A DNA stretch of 64,000 bases from Callorhinchus milii. Lineage: Eukaryota. A model generated the notes under the pieces. The model was not told where the DNA came from. It made no database searches and saw nothing but the letters and a program-made list of their open reading frames with translations. Of the stretch, positions 49,869 through 63,500 are shown piece by piece (the stretch's first letter is position 1; every line of letters begins with the position of its first letter). The translations under genes and the position numbers were made by a program. The DNA lies in NCBI RefSeq assembly GCF_018977255.1, contig NW_024704742.1:22632001-22696000 (forward strand). Reading direction: 5' to 3'.

Positions 49869-51088
49869 CAAAGACTGTAGTAAATTGTACAACATGGGAA
49901 TAGGAAGGATGGTGGCTTATTCATTGACGATGGCAAAATTCTCTTATTGTTCCCCTGAAATGGTTAAAGTCATGAAGTTGCAGTTATGGACACAATCAGC
50001 TTGAATCTGTTTATTGATGAAACCTGTAATATTCTAGTTCAGTTTCAGAAAGGACAATTTTAAATAATAATAACCCTTGCATTTGATATAGCACATCTTC
50101 GAGAGGTCTCAAAGCTCTTCACAGAATATACTGTGAAGTGGAATGACTGTGATTCCAAGGAGTGTTTGCACCAGGCTTGTTGACATACCACACACTGGAT
50201 AAACTAGTACTGCACTATCTTCTTTAAGTGACATTACCACATACTGTAAGTTGCTGCCGGTTTCAATAAGAATGGGCGAGGAAAAAGGAATCCGAACAGA
50301 ACTCGTGGCAAACTGTGATGACAGAGATTTCACAGCACGGTGTGTTTATACTCCACACGAGTCTCCACCCATTCCTTACTCCTTCCCGTACCCTTCTATT
50401 CCCCTCTCATGTGAAGGTCATGCTTCCTCTTGAGCACATCTATACTATATGATTCAACCACAGTGATGAGATATGGACATTGAGAGCCACATTCCTAATC
50501 GGGGTCTCGATTCTTGAACTCCTTGTTCCCTTTCAGCCTTTACTTCCTATTGCACTCTGTAGACCTTTAAACCCCAAGTTATAATACTAACATAAACCGG
50601 TTGGGCTTGTTTGTAACAGGTTCTGTATAATACCATGAGCCAAAGAAATTGACAGAAATTGTGATTAAAATTGCCACAATCGGCTTTGAGACATTTTCTG
50701 ACGTGAGAAGCTCTACTGTAAGTTTAAACTGTTGTTGTTGAGAGCAGCTCATGGGTTGGTTTGGGTTCTGTTCTCTGCGTTGCTGACATGGCTCCATCTA
50801 ATTGCCATTTACAATGACCATACCAAATTTTAGTACCGTTCTAAATATTAATAATAATAATCCTTGCATTTGATATAGCTACTTTCATGCCATTGAGGCG
50901 CCTCAAAGCGTTTCACAGGATATACCGTAAAATGAATTGACTGTATATTTTGTGGGTGAAACTCAGCAGCCAATTGTGCATAGCAACCTCCCACAAATGG
51001 TCCTGGATTGACAGGCCAGATTATTTTTTTTTTGAGGAAATATTAAAGCAAAGTGTTTTTCTAAAATTCTGATGTCGTTTTGTTGCAG

Positions 51089-51150
51089 ATGAATCGCTGC
51101 AGGAATTTGCTGCTTTTCTCCGCAATCTCGAGGATCAAAGAGAATTGATG
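51089..51150 (+). CDS. ARHGAP10: ARHGAP10 coding exon 3
   Basis: Acceptor tttgttgcag|, donor ATG|GTAAGT, 62 nt. (D)ESLQEFAAFLRNLEDQRELM continues the frame. Confidence 0.95.
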
Positions 51151-51524
51151 GTAAGTGTGTGAAGTATTCATGTTGTAGAGCACGGCCCTGATCAGATCAG
51201 TTTTCTTTTATGTGTAAATAAAAGATCCGAGCAACAATTTGATGTTCATGATTGAACTGGACTTCGGTACATCGCAAGTATAGTTTTTTTTGGTTTTGGC
51301 ACACATGGAAATCCATCACTGTGCTTAAGAGAATCTGAACTAGACTGAGAGTTTATTTTCTTCACCCAAATTATCCCTGGAGCAAGGAATCATCCTTAAG
51401 TTATTGACATCCTTTTCAATCTGTTGCCTACAATTTTACAATCTACCCCCCTCCAAAACAATTTTTTGACTGATCCTTAAGCACCGACTATATTTTGATG
51501 TTTGATTGTCTTGTCTTGTTGGAT

Positions 51525-51925
51525 CGTAGTGCAGTGATAGCATTCTGAGTCAGAAGATTGTGTGTTCAAGCCCCACGTCGAGACTTGGAATCGCATAGTC
51601 TAAGCTGACACTCCAATGCAGAGCTGGGCGTGTTGTTGGAGTCGCCAAAACTTTAAACTGAGGTCTTATCTGCCTGTTCAGATGGATGTTAACGATCCCA
51701 TGACACTATTTGAAAAGAGAAGGGAGTTTCTCCTCGTGTCCTTGCCAACAAATTCCCCCAAATAAAATGAATCACTCACTCGTTGGCTCTTTATGGGACA
51801 TACATTCCTATACGCAAACTGGCTGCTTCGTTTCGTTCAAAAAATACGCAGTCCAAACCACTTTACAGCATATTCTATAAAGCACTTTCAGTTGAAAGTC
51901 TCTATACCAAATGCAAGGATTATTG
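51525..51925 (+). mobile_element. Deu-domain SINE
   Basis: Collinear with 5735-6130 (tctgagtcagaag...gacactccaatgcag...gatcccatgacactatttgaaaagagaagggagtttctcc). Confidence 0.72.
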
Positions 51926-54079
51926 TTTACCTGAATGTTAAAACTGTGCCTGGTAGCTATTTTCCAAGGTGCTATAGCTTATTCAATAATCTAACATCTG
52001 CCACATTGCTTCACTATTGAGGCGGTTCTCTGGTGTTTTTTCCCATGTTAATGTATTTATAGGCAGCTGTTAGTTTTTCACATTCTTGGATTACTTTTTG
52101 ACAGCATGTTTTCAGCAGTTATTGGCTGCTCCCAGTGTGCAAAATTGTTTACGTTAGTTATTTTTTTATATAAAAGAATGAAATTCCAGGGGGAGAGGAA
52201 GACAGCAAATCTGTAAAGTTGTAACATACCGTACATTCATAAAACAGGTGCAGTCACTGTGCACTGTGTTCATGTTGATATGTTACACTTTTGTATTTGT
52301 GTGTGCAGACACAGTTGTGTGTGCTTGGCTGATGGTGTGCATGGTGCTATTCATAATCAGCAGCAGGTATGTGCAGCGTTGCGAAGGGCTATGTGTTGTG
52401 GAGGATGATATATATAAATATGTGTGTAGTGGAGAGCGAAGGGTGGAGTGGATGGTGGAAGGTGTGGTGAGGGTGGCAGGTGGAGGGGAGTGCAGAAGGG
52501 CGGAAGGGCAGAAGGTGGCCGTTGTGCGATGGCACGGGCAGCAGGGCAGGTAACCACTCTGATGAGCCTGTGACAAAAAAGGTGTAGCCAGAAACGACCA
52601 GCTTATTCTGTTCACCCAAATTTTATACTAGGAATCCGTGAACAGAGGAACCAAAGTCACTTGTAGTTTATATGTTAAAGCTTGCTTACTTATGCAATAG
52701 TTCAATAACGTTTACAGTTGGCAGGGTTACGACAAACAATATTTGCTATCATGCTCACCCATAGCAATGTTACTGTAATGACAATATCAAAATCAATATC
52801 AAAGTACATAAGTAGCAGGCAAACACCTCTTGCTGAGGTTTGTTCTAAGGTATGGTCTGCAATACAGCTGGTTACAGAATTTTGACTCTTTTGAGCCTGG
52901 GAGGTATGGCCAGTAGTTGGATCTCCAGCAGTTGTGTTGTGGCTGTATTCTCATATTGTTGCAGTTCTTCTGCTCTTTTTTGCTTTTTGCAGTGATGCTG
53001 CAATTGCTGGAACCTTGGAACAATCGAGATTGAGTGCCGTGAGTCGCAAAACCTCAGGTAGAAGTTCTGCTTTCCTGGAGGAGAGGAAAACATAGTCACT
53101 GTCTCACTAACTCGAACACAACGCTAAGATGACCAATTCTGACTGAACAAAGTATAGCTTAGCTTTACCTTTATAATTGTCCTTTTCTTTAAACATCAGG
53201 ATGGTGTGTGCAAATCTGCACCTCCTCACCCACCTGATAGCTGTATTTAGGTTGGGTTAAACAAACTGGGACTGTCCTTGGGTCGTAGACATGAGCTGAT
53301 TCAAATCAAAACAATGTAGGGCCTTTACATCAACAACTAACAAGAGAGTTGTAGCTGAAATAAACACATTTCTTACTGTCTTACTTCTGAACCAAGGCAC
53401 ACATATTGTCATTTTCCATCGTATTTTTGTTGAAAGTTATACCATATCCTGTAACATATGTCACACTTAGATAGAGATGCTACAATTTAGTTAACTGATT
53501 AGGTTTATAGTGTCTGCAAATCATACCAATATGGACTATGATTGCATAAGCATTTCTAACTGAACTAAAATTATATTTTAAGGAATAATATATTTCAGTT
53601 TCCTCTGTTTGTGTGTGTGTGTGTGTTCAAGGGTGGTAAATGTATGCTGGAATTCGTTCTGTTCATTTCTGAATATTCTGTACCAATAAAAACCACTCCT
53701 AAATATTGCAAAGACAAGAAACCGATCTGTACAACACTCAAGGGCCTTGAGTGAATTTGAGTTGAATCTATTAACTCAGATTTTGCTTGTTTGAAGTGGC
53801 TCTGACCAAATACAGCAATTCTTTGCTAATCCTGTGTGAATTATGAGAGTCCTCTGGTGTGGAGGAAGCTTCTGCTTCCTTTGTTATGTTTCTGTGGTTC
53901 ATTGTTAACTTTTCACTCTCGAGTTGCTATAATAATAGTTTTTGTGCTCTGGTTTCACCCACTTATCGTATCCAAAGATTTACAAAGAATGTACAGCATG
54001 GAAACAGGTCACTTGTCTAACTAGCTGTGCGGTATTTATACTCCACATGAGTCTCCAACCATTCCTTACTCGCTCCCAT

Positions 54080-54602
54080 AATAATAATCCTTGCATTTGA
54101 TATAGCGCCTTATCACGTCTTCAAGATGTCTGAAAGCGCTTCACAGAATATACTGTAAAGTATGGTGACTGTATTTTGTGGGTGAAACGCGGCTGCCATT
54201 TGAGCACAGCAGTGTCCCACAAACAGTTGTGGATTGAGTGATCAGATTTTTTTAAAAAAGGTATCATTACCCCTGGAAATGTGAACCACCAATTGACTAA
54301 CAGCCGGTTCCTACTTAATCAAACTGCAAAATGCTGCAGATGCTGGAAATTTGAAACAAAAACAGAAGTCGCTGGGAACACTCAGCATGTCAGACCTGGC
54401 AAAGGGTCGTTGACTCACTTTCCTTTCTCCATAGATGCTACCTGACCTGCTGAGAGCTCACAGCAAATTCTGGTTTTGGTTCCTACTTAATTCTTGGAAA
54501 CAGCGGCGTGTCGAATAAGGAAACTTGCCCAACATTTTGCTCTGACGGGAACCAAACCTAGGTCTCGCGCTTGCGAGGCAAGTGCTCTAACCACTGAGCT
54601 AT
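54080..54602 (-). mobile_element. tRNA-Ala-headed SINE (long form) with a nested 158-bp element
   Basis: Reverse-complement SINE split by the 54320-54477 insert; TSD GGTTCCTACTTAAT. Confidence 0.85.
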
Positions 54603-55589
54603 AGTCAACATTTATCGCATAGTTAGTTACTGCTGCCCAATGTGGAAGCAACTGCTGTGTAAACTCCTGTCCACCCTGCGATGTTACATAAAGACATCTG
54701 TGGAACTGATATGAAGTGTGCATTTCTCTTCAGTGTAATAGATTGCATGGTACCAAAATAACTCTTCTGGTCCAAACATGGGAACTAGTATTTTATTTTC
54801 TGAACACAACCAATATTCCCATGTGAAAAATGCACCACAGAGCATGTTTTGTTGCTAATGTAGCCCAATGAGGAGCAATATGTTTTTTTTCCAGTATTCC
54901 CACAGGGCAACAAGAGTCAGGTTTAAAACAGAACATTGTTGGTTTGTTTGTTTGCCAAAGAAATTCCCCCAACAAACTGCATTTCTTTGTGGGGCTGATG
55001 CAAAATAGTCTGCAGAGTGGACATTTCCAATGGAAATACCCACTCTCATTTATCAGTGTTCTTGAAGAAATTTTGAGTTATGAAGGTGTTTTTTGGGGGA
55101 AACACCAAATTATTATAATAAGCTTATAAAATGATAACTTGCCTGTGATTTGTATTGACTCTGCCAAAATCCCAAACGTCTTGTAATACTGTGTGATTCT
55201 GTCAAGGTAGCACAAAACACTGCTAAAACTCTGTGCTGTGATATTAGCAAGTTTCCTATAAATGGTTAATAATAAATAATAACCCTTGCATTTGGTATAG
55301 CACCTTTTATGTTAGGAAAACATCTCAAACTTCTTTGACTGTATTGTTTCTGCCATTGACTTTAATCCTGATATATTTATTGAACGTTTGCTTAATCTCT
55401 GGAATAATAGAACCTTATTGATGGTGGTAAACAGCAATAAGGTAAAACTGATTCTGAGAATAGTCTCAGCACAAAAGGTCTCATTGGATGCCTTGTAATA
55501 ACGATATAATCACTTCAGACACTTGTGAAACGTAAAACCTAATGCAGGTAATGCACATTGCACATCAGAACTTGGTCCCAAACCCGGCT

Positions 55590-57303
55590 GCTCTGTCGCA
55601 GATGGTGGAAAACTGGCCTGACAGTCCACGCCAACTGTGGCTCGAGCATCTCCACAGCTACCGCCGTTCTTTGACACGCGCAAAAATGGCTAAACACATC
55701 CCGAAAGTCCTTTTTTCCACCCTGCTACCTCCTCCGTGTCCCCCCTCAGGCCTCCTTAATCTTCATATCCAATGCCAAGTGCGAGGAGGTCATGGACTTC
55801 TCATCTAAAATTCACAAAATCCGCCAGGCAGCCTCATCCACCTGCCTCTTCTCACCCACCACCATGCCCTCTCTGTCCCTCTCACCCTCCCCATCATCTG
55901 CTCCTATCACCCCTTCCATCCTACATTCCTTCCTCCACATCTCTCCATCCTCCCTCTCACCCATCATCACCTCCATGAAACCCACCACCTGCTGCCTCGA
56001 CCCCCTCCCCACCAACTTGCTGATCACCCAGCTCCCCCTCCTCTGCCCACTATTGGCTGCGTCATCAACCAGTCCCTCTCCTCCGGATCAGTCCCTGCCC
56101 CCCTCAAAACTGCTGTCATCAACCCCCCTCCTCAAAAAGCCTTTCCTAGATCTCTCAAACCCCAGCCACTACTGCCCCATTTCTAATCTGCACTCTAACC
56201 GCACTCGTCTGGTTCGAGTCCTACCTCACAAACCACCAGCAGTAAATCTGTATAAACAGTTTCTCCTTCCGCTCTCACCCGGTTACCTGCAGGGGTACCC
56301 CAAGGATCCATCCTTGGCCCCCTCCTCTTTCTGATCTACATGCTCCCTCTTGGGGATGTCATCCGCAGACATTTCCATGTGTAAGCGGACGACACCCAAC
56401 TCTATTTCTCCACCTCTCTTTGCGACCCCCTAGTCCCCTGATGTTCTGTCAGCCTGCCTGTCAGACCTCAGGGGCTGGATGAGTGCAAATTTCCTTCAAT
56501 CGAACGTCGACCAGACGGAAGCCATACTCTGGCTCTCATCAACGTCTCAAATCCCACAGCTCTCACCTCCTCCACCTACCCGACCTCCTCCTAAAACTCT
56601 CCGAACCCGTATGCAACCTTGGCAGGTTCGACCCCCAATTGTCCTTCCTCCGCCACATCCAGTCCCTCTCCAGCACCGCTTTCTTCCACCTCTGAGCATC
56701 GCCCGTCTCCGCAAATTCCTCTCTCCGAAGGCTGCTGAAAACCTAGTCCATGCCCTTGTCACCTCTAGGCTGGATTACTCTAATACCCTCCTCACTGGTC
56801 TCCCATCCACCACCATCCATAAAATCCAAATCATCCAAAGCTCTGCCGCCCGCATTCTCACCCACACCAAACTATGTTCCCCGATCACCCCAGTCCTTGC
56901 CAGACTGCACTGGCTGCCTATCCCAGAGAGGATCGATTTCAAGATCCTCACCCTTGTACTCAAATCCCTCCACTCCTCTGCACCCCCCTACGTCTCTGAT
57001 CCCCTCTCTCCTCAAAACAGTACCCGTTGCCTTTGTTCCTCTGGGTCTGGCCTCCTCCTCGTCCCCGAGTCCTCCGCTCCACCCTCGGCGGCCGTGCCTT
57101 CAGCCACTATGCCCCGAGGCTCTGGAATTCCCTTACTCACTCCCTTCACTTCGCTCCCTCTCTTCCTACTTTCAGGTCCCTACTGAAGACCTTCCTCCCC
57201 ACCCCCCTGGCTCGGCCCCGGGATTCGTTACTGTGAAGCGCTCTGAGATGCCGTCCGGTGTGGAGTGCACTATATAAATCCCAAGTTGTTGTTGTTGTTG
57301 TTG
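55590..57303 (+). mobile_element. L2 LINE of a second family, degenerate ORF2 plus tail
   Basis: MKPTTCCLDPLPT, ggggtaccccaaggatcc (GVPQGS), HALVTSRLDYSNTLL, ARLHWLPIPERIDFKIL; tail agcgctctgagatgccgtccggtgtggagtgcact..(ttg)n. Confidence 0.9.
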
Positions 57304-58858
57304 TCCTTGCGGAAATGAGTCATGAGCTGGCAGTAATAAACTAGCGGAAAGCCCTTTTCGTTACAGTATTAATGGTTCATGTTTTCAGATGTTTGGACTT
57401 TCCAGATAGTTATACATTTATGGGGCGGATGGAGAGTGAAAGAGAGGCTCTCTTTACTGATTGAACAGACATTATATTTAAGAAGATGTGATAAGTAAAG
57501 CTGATCAGGTCTGCAGTAACACAAGGCAGTACTGGTGGTTGTCCAGGCTGTAGGGCTGATCAATGCAGGTACGTCCCAACCCTGCTAACCAAGGTCCTAC
57601 GTGTAGTGTGGTCCTCACTGGACTAGTACCATATTGCCACATTGTTACCATTAATCATTCCATCTGTTTGCGCTGGATTCAATGACAAATACCAGACATG
57701 AAATTGTTCCCTACTTTTTGGGGAAAAAACTTTTTTCTCTCCCCATCTTTCCCAACCCGCTGAATAGGACAGTGATCTTATTCCCAGAACTCTACAGTTG
57801 CTGGTCATGAGGATTCAAATATTGACTTGCCTACAATTTCCTACCCCCTCCTGTCTTAGAAAAGTGTGTGAACTCCGCTCGACCTTCTCCACGGACAAGA
57901 CAGGAGTGAACATGCGCATGTGCTTGTATTCTCGCTTTTATCTTATTGCTTTTATCTCTGCCTCAATCCCTTTGCATTGCTTCCTCCTGCTTCTCTATTT
58001 TCAGATCCTGCCTGAAGACATTCCTCTTTGAGCGTGCTTACGGTCACTCCCCCCTCCACCGTTTCAGCGTCAGGCTCCACCACTGCTAAGCACTCAGCTG
58101 AAGGGCGTTATATAAACATAATTTTTTATTGTTGTATAATAGAAGCAGAGTGATGTAAAGGTGTAACATTGCCTCCTGTTTGAGTAATTCCCTACAAAAT
58201 ATACCTCAGTATCTTAATTTTAAACCAGAAACCTCTGCAAGGTGGGTATCGCCCAGCTATCAGACATTTACTTGCTGTGTGTCCCAGTGCACCAATGTTT
58301 CGTCACTTGGCTTTGATAAACTTTAGGAGCTAAGGCTAGTCATAATGGTGCAACACTGATATGGTGGAAATGTCTTTTTTTAACCTCAATTTAAAATGGG
58401 TGTTTGTAAAGGAATAATAAGAATGCTTGCATTTGATCTAGCGATTTTCACATTGGGAGAACAGCCCAAAGAGCTTCACATGATTTTACTGTAAGTAGAG
58501 CGACTGTGTATTTTGTAGGCAAACACAGCAGCCAAATTGCACACAACAATATCCCACAAATTGCAATGATTTTGGGGGGATTTTATTTGGGGGATTATTG
58601 ACCAGGATATGCTTTGTGGAATTCATTTTAAGTGGTATTAACAGTTTTTAAAAAGTTCCAGGTTCACTAAAAGTTAATGGATCAAATGTGCCAACGATTC
58701 ACATTAGACTTGGGTCTATTAGAAACCTCAAAGTTGGACAGCCAAGCTGTTTGGTGCATGGAACAGATGTGGTGGTGTGAAAGCATTCACAAGGACCTGT
58801 ATTTCTCGTTTTGGTACAATGTTTCTTCTCTTGACTGGTATGCCTTTCTTTCTTTCAG

Positions 58859-58930
58859 GCACTTAACATCCGTGAGGCTTTCATCAAACCACTGGATAAA
58901 TTCAGAAAGGAACAACTTGGAGCTGCAAAG
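58859..58930 (+). CDS. ARHGAP10: ARHGAP10 coding exon 4
   Basis: Acceptor ctttctttctttcag|, donor AAG|GTAATG, 72 nt. ALNIREAFIKPLDKFRKEQLGAAK carries the GRAF PL.KFRKEQ motif. Confidence 0.95.
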
Positions 58931-59714
58931 GTAATGAAATCCCATTTACCAGAATTGTCAACAAGTTCCTGGCAATTAAAAAGATTCAGGATTGTTTGGA
59001 TGATAAGAACTGTTGAACGCACCTTTTATTAGAGGTTGGATGGCTATGCTAGATAGACCAGTGGTCTATTCTTGTATGAAACTTTACTTGGGAAGCAGGT
59101 TACCAAACTTCTGATGATGAAATTAATATCCTTTGCATTTGATGAGGTGCCTATAATGTCAATGTTTCTAAGGAATTCATGGTTGATTTTGTGCATGCGA
59201 CTGCCAAGATGGTGGAAAGTGAAATTGATGAATCTTGGTCATTTTACATCTAGCAATTTTTATGTGATGTTTTCATGTAGTGACTGTTAATTTGTAAACA
59301 CAAAAGCTATTCCATTCATGAAATGGTCCTATAAACAGCAACAGAGTGAATGACTAATTTTCTGAATGATTGTTAGCCAGGGCTGTTTGAGTAGTGAATA
59401 GTGTTATAAGACATTCATCTGAACAGGCAGACTCAATTTAACATCCCATTCCTGATGTGATCTGGGTTGTCTCCCAGATTCTAAAAAAGTAGTACATTTG
59501 GTGAACAGAGTTGGTTCCATTCGACGTACTAGAGAAAACAATCATGATTTTCAGTGCAGTAGGAACATTGCGTAATTCATCTCCATGACCATTTATGTAC
59601 ATAACCATGCAGTTGGGCAATATGCAAGCTTGGCTCATTCGTGTAAATTAAGAAGTTTCTAAACTTTTCTAAGGGATCTGAAAGTGCCTTTACATTAGTT
59701 TACATATGACTGCT

Positions 59715-60107
59715 CGACTTCAAGATCCTCACCCTTGTCTTTAAATCCCTCCACTCCTCTGCACCCCCCTACCTCTCTGACCTCCTCTCTCCTCACAACA
59801 GTGCCTGTTGCCTTCGCTTCACCGGGTCTGGCCTCCTCCTTGTCCCCCGAATCCTCCGCTCCACCATCAGCGGCCGTGCCTTCAGCCACTACGCCCCGAG
59901 GCTCTGGAACTCCCTTCCTCACTCCCTTCGCCTCACCCCCTCTCTTCCTATTTTCAGGTCTCGGCTGAAGACCTTTCTTTTTGACCGTGTCTTTGGTTAT
60001 CTTCCTCCCCCTCCCCCTGGCTCGGCCCCGGGATCCGTTAATGTGAAGCGCTCTGAGACGCCGTCCGGCATGGAGGGCTCTATATAAATCCAAGTTATTG
60101 TTGTTGT
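59715..60107 (+). mobile_element. L2 3' end, same family as 55590-57303
   Basis: Collinear with 56935-57303, including the gccgtccgg tail loop. Confidence 0.88.
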
Positions 60108-61065
60108 TCAAACACCACGCCAATTTGGATAGCAATTTTTTATACAGGGTTGATTGTGCTTGGCACATTTCTGTTAGGTGTGAACTTTTGGGTAATATCC
60201 TTTTAAAGAACCATTATTTTTGCAAGGAAATGCCAAGCTATGTCACCTAGGAGCTGAAACAGCCCTACATTTTGTCACTCAATGTGTAAAGAGATCATAA
60301 TGTGTTCAAACCAACTGATATTGTTTGCATCCCATGTTTACAAATAGAGAAACTGCTTTGCTGAACAATATTTTCATGAAGATGTATTCTTAGTAGAATC
60401 GTGATTAAATGAAAGGTGATGGCTATTTGCTTATTTTATAGTCAAAACCTTTTGGGGAGGAGAGCAGCATTTATTGTCTAACATTTAATTGATTGTTGTG
60501 GAGCTTTGTTTGGGATACGCTTGCCTTCAAAACGTGTCAGTAGGCTTGACAGTAATGACTTGTAAAGCACTGCGAGATGATTTGACACGTTAAGGCACAA
60601 TTAAAAATGCAACATTCTGTCCTTGTTCTGAAAGGTATTGGAAATGTTCCGTTATCATTTGGATTCTCATTAAAATAAAGAGGAGTTTTATGACTTACAG
60701 TTGGTGAGAATAAAGGCTATTTGCTTTCTTGTTATATGTCATTGGAAGAAATGGTTGTTGTAATCTTATCTGCCTTCTCTGAGACCCACTGTGTCTATGT
60801 GTCTGGAGACAAGACTCCTAAAATACAGAAACACTTTCAGCGCCTTGAGACGTCCTCCCGACGTGAAGGGCGCTATACAAATGTAATCTATTGTTGTTGT
60901 CTTCTCCGAAAACCCACCGTCGACCATCTTGTCTTTTCTAAGACCGGCCGATACAGCAGGTTTGCTCATTTGGACTTACCAGGTGGTTTGGTGACTGGTG
61001 AAATTTGTTGAATTTTGTTATTGCGTACTCTGGGTTTTAATATCGTGTGTTTTATTTACTTGAAG

Positions 61066-61167
61066 GAAGAAAAGAAAAAGTACGAAAAAGAAACTGATAA
61101 ATACTACAGTGGATTGGAAAAATATGTTGGCTTGTCAGCAAAGAAGAAAGATGCTCAGCTTTCAGAG
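61066..61167 (+). CDS. ARHGAP10: ARHGAP10 coding exon 5 (gene continues beyond window)
   Basis: Acceptor tttatttacttgaag|, donor GAG|GTAAGC, 102 nt. EEKKKYEKETDKYYSGLEKYVGLSAKKKDAQLSE. I did not find exon 6 before 64000. Confidence 0.93.
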
Positions 61168-63214
61168 GTAAGCTCACACTGTTTACTTGTATCAAAATTA
61201 ACTTGTTGACCTGTAGAATTTGATGCATTTTTAATATTTCCAATGTGTGCATTTCTTAGATAACGATAGAATAGCCAATTGGATTGGCCAATGCCAATCT
61301 ATTAATGAAGGAGAACCCTCATTAATTGCTACCACTTTGCGACAGTAAATAGTTCATTTATAAAAACACTTTAAAGAAAACCACTTGTTGACTTTTGAAA
61401 CATAGGATACTAAAAATGCCTTGATTTCACTTCCCCATCACGATAAAACAAGCTGTTCTCAACAGAGAAGTATCTCTGCTGGCCCCTGGTGCCAGCACCT
61501 CAACAAACTGTATCATCACTTCCCAGCACCATGGCATCTCCACTAATTCTTGAATTTGCTGAGATGAGAATTTTTTTTATATATAAATATAAACCCTGTG
61601 ACCATCGGTGCGCTCCAGTGTACACTGAGTTTCTAAAGTTTCTGCTGCAGTCCCGAGTGAAAGTTAAAAGAATAGTGTGTGAGCCACTGGCGGTAAACAG
61701 TGTAAAAAGCAAGTCCTGTCTGGCGTCTAGTTTATACTGCTGGAAATCCTGCTTTTCACTAACAATGCAGGGAGTAGTGGGGACAGCCAAGCTCTTTGAA
61801 AGTGTCCTTCTTGCCCTCCTTTGATGTGCGCTGTGCTGTACACTGTGAACAATTTTACCAGCAGGAGGATGAAACAATGAAAATACAGGGAACATCTGCA
61901 CGCCGGGTTTGTGACTACAGTTGAGAGTGCTGAATGCAGAAAGCTGGCTGGCTCACAATGTTTTGCTCTGGGGTGGGGGTTGGTGGCGGGGGGGGTGGGG
62001 GTGCGGCAGGGGAGGTTGGGGTCGGCTGCACACGCCATGTGGAGTCCATAATAAATGTTCCCATCGATAACAGTGAGCGTGGTGGAGCTGTATTGAAAAG
62101 AGGTGAAATGGAATTCGCCTGTAAAACTTTGCCTGCTGTCGGTCAGTTGAGAGTAAGAGCTTGCTGCACAGTTAAAGGCTACTGTTATTAGTTTGTCACA
62201 AACACCGACTTATTTTGTTTTGACACTGATCTCCTGTATTGGAATTAGTCTCCGTAAACCCGCTCGAGGCCTGCTGCACGTCTCTGCCCCGTTAATTGGG
62301 AGGGGGTGGGGGGGCACCTCAGGCAGTGGGTGGGGAGGGCGGTCACAACGACATTGGGCAGTAGTGACCAGTTGGGGGGAGGTGGGGAGAGGAAGCGGAT
62401 GACACCTCAAACAGTTGTGACTTGGGAACATATGTCCATTCTTTATCACCTCTTCGTAGCTTGTAAGTGGATTACACTTGCTGTAACTTGTTAAACCTAG
62501 TGTCTGGTGTTGTTAAAACTGGTACCAATTTGAGCAATGTGGTGGATGCAGCGGTTCTTCGCCTACAAAATACACAGTCAATCCACTTTACAGTATATCC
62601 TGTGAAGCGCTCTGAGACGTCTCAACGCCATGGTAAGGCGCCATATCAAATGCAAGGATTATTATAATTAGCACACTCCGATGAATGGACAGTCAATGCA
62701 CCACCATTCTGGCTGCTCGAGCTCCATCTGTAGCGTGAGAATCACAGCCCTCTCACTAAGTGCTCTTTCAGCTGGTCACTATCTTGCAGTGTTTTTCTCC
62801 GAGCACATGAAATCTTGGCAGCGAGCTTCGCTGGGGAGGAAATGGGACGCAGTTAAAATCTTAGTCCCATTTGTTCTACCATTGGTTTGTTTTTCTTGGC
62901 ATATTTGTTTCTGGAAATTCTGTGTCCAGTGCTTCCAGTCCCTGGAGCTGAACCTTCGAAACACAGTTATTTCACTGCACCAGTAGTCGAGCGAGGAAAA
63001 CTGGAGTTATCAATCTTTGCTTCATTTGCAGAGTTTCTTCAGCTGCTACTTGTGTAGCGATCCTATCACTGTGAAGGCTCCAAATTGGTTCATTCTCTGA
63101 AGCTAAAGAGCACAGGGCTGTGCACTCTCTCTGATACAGTCTGACAAGGCAGCCTGCTGAGGAAAATGAAGATGACTTCTCAAAGATGGCTCATTCTAAC
63201 CACTACATTAGTGT

Positions 63215-63500
63215 CAGCCAGGTTCAGGGTTCAAGCCACACTTTGGGCTCAACTCATATGATCTAGGCTGACACTCCAATGCAATGCAGAAGTGCGCTGA
63301 ATTATCAGAGGTGTTGTCCTTTGGATAAGATTTAGACTGAGGTCCTGTCTGCCTTATTTATGTGAGCTATTCGAAAAGATAAGGGAATTTCTTATGGTGT
63401 CCTGGCCAACAATCCCATGGATCAAATCGGTCACTCACTTAATGGCTATTTGTGGGAAATTGAAGGGTGCAAATTGGCTGCCATGTTTGGCTTCATAATA
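63215..63500 (+). mobile_element. Deu-domain SINE remnant
   Basis: ctaggctgacactccaatgca...gtcctgtctgcc...gggaatttcttatggtgtcctggccaaca...aaattggctgcc. Confidence 0.65.

Noticed and set aside
52248..53099. Cluster of short ORFs in intron 3
   Set aside because: Low-complexity GT/GA-rich sequence with no recognisable domain or consistent exon structure.
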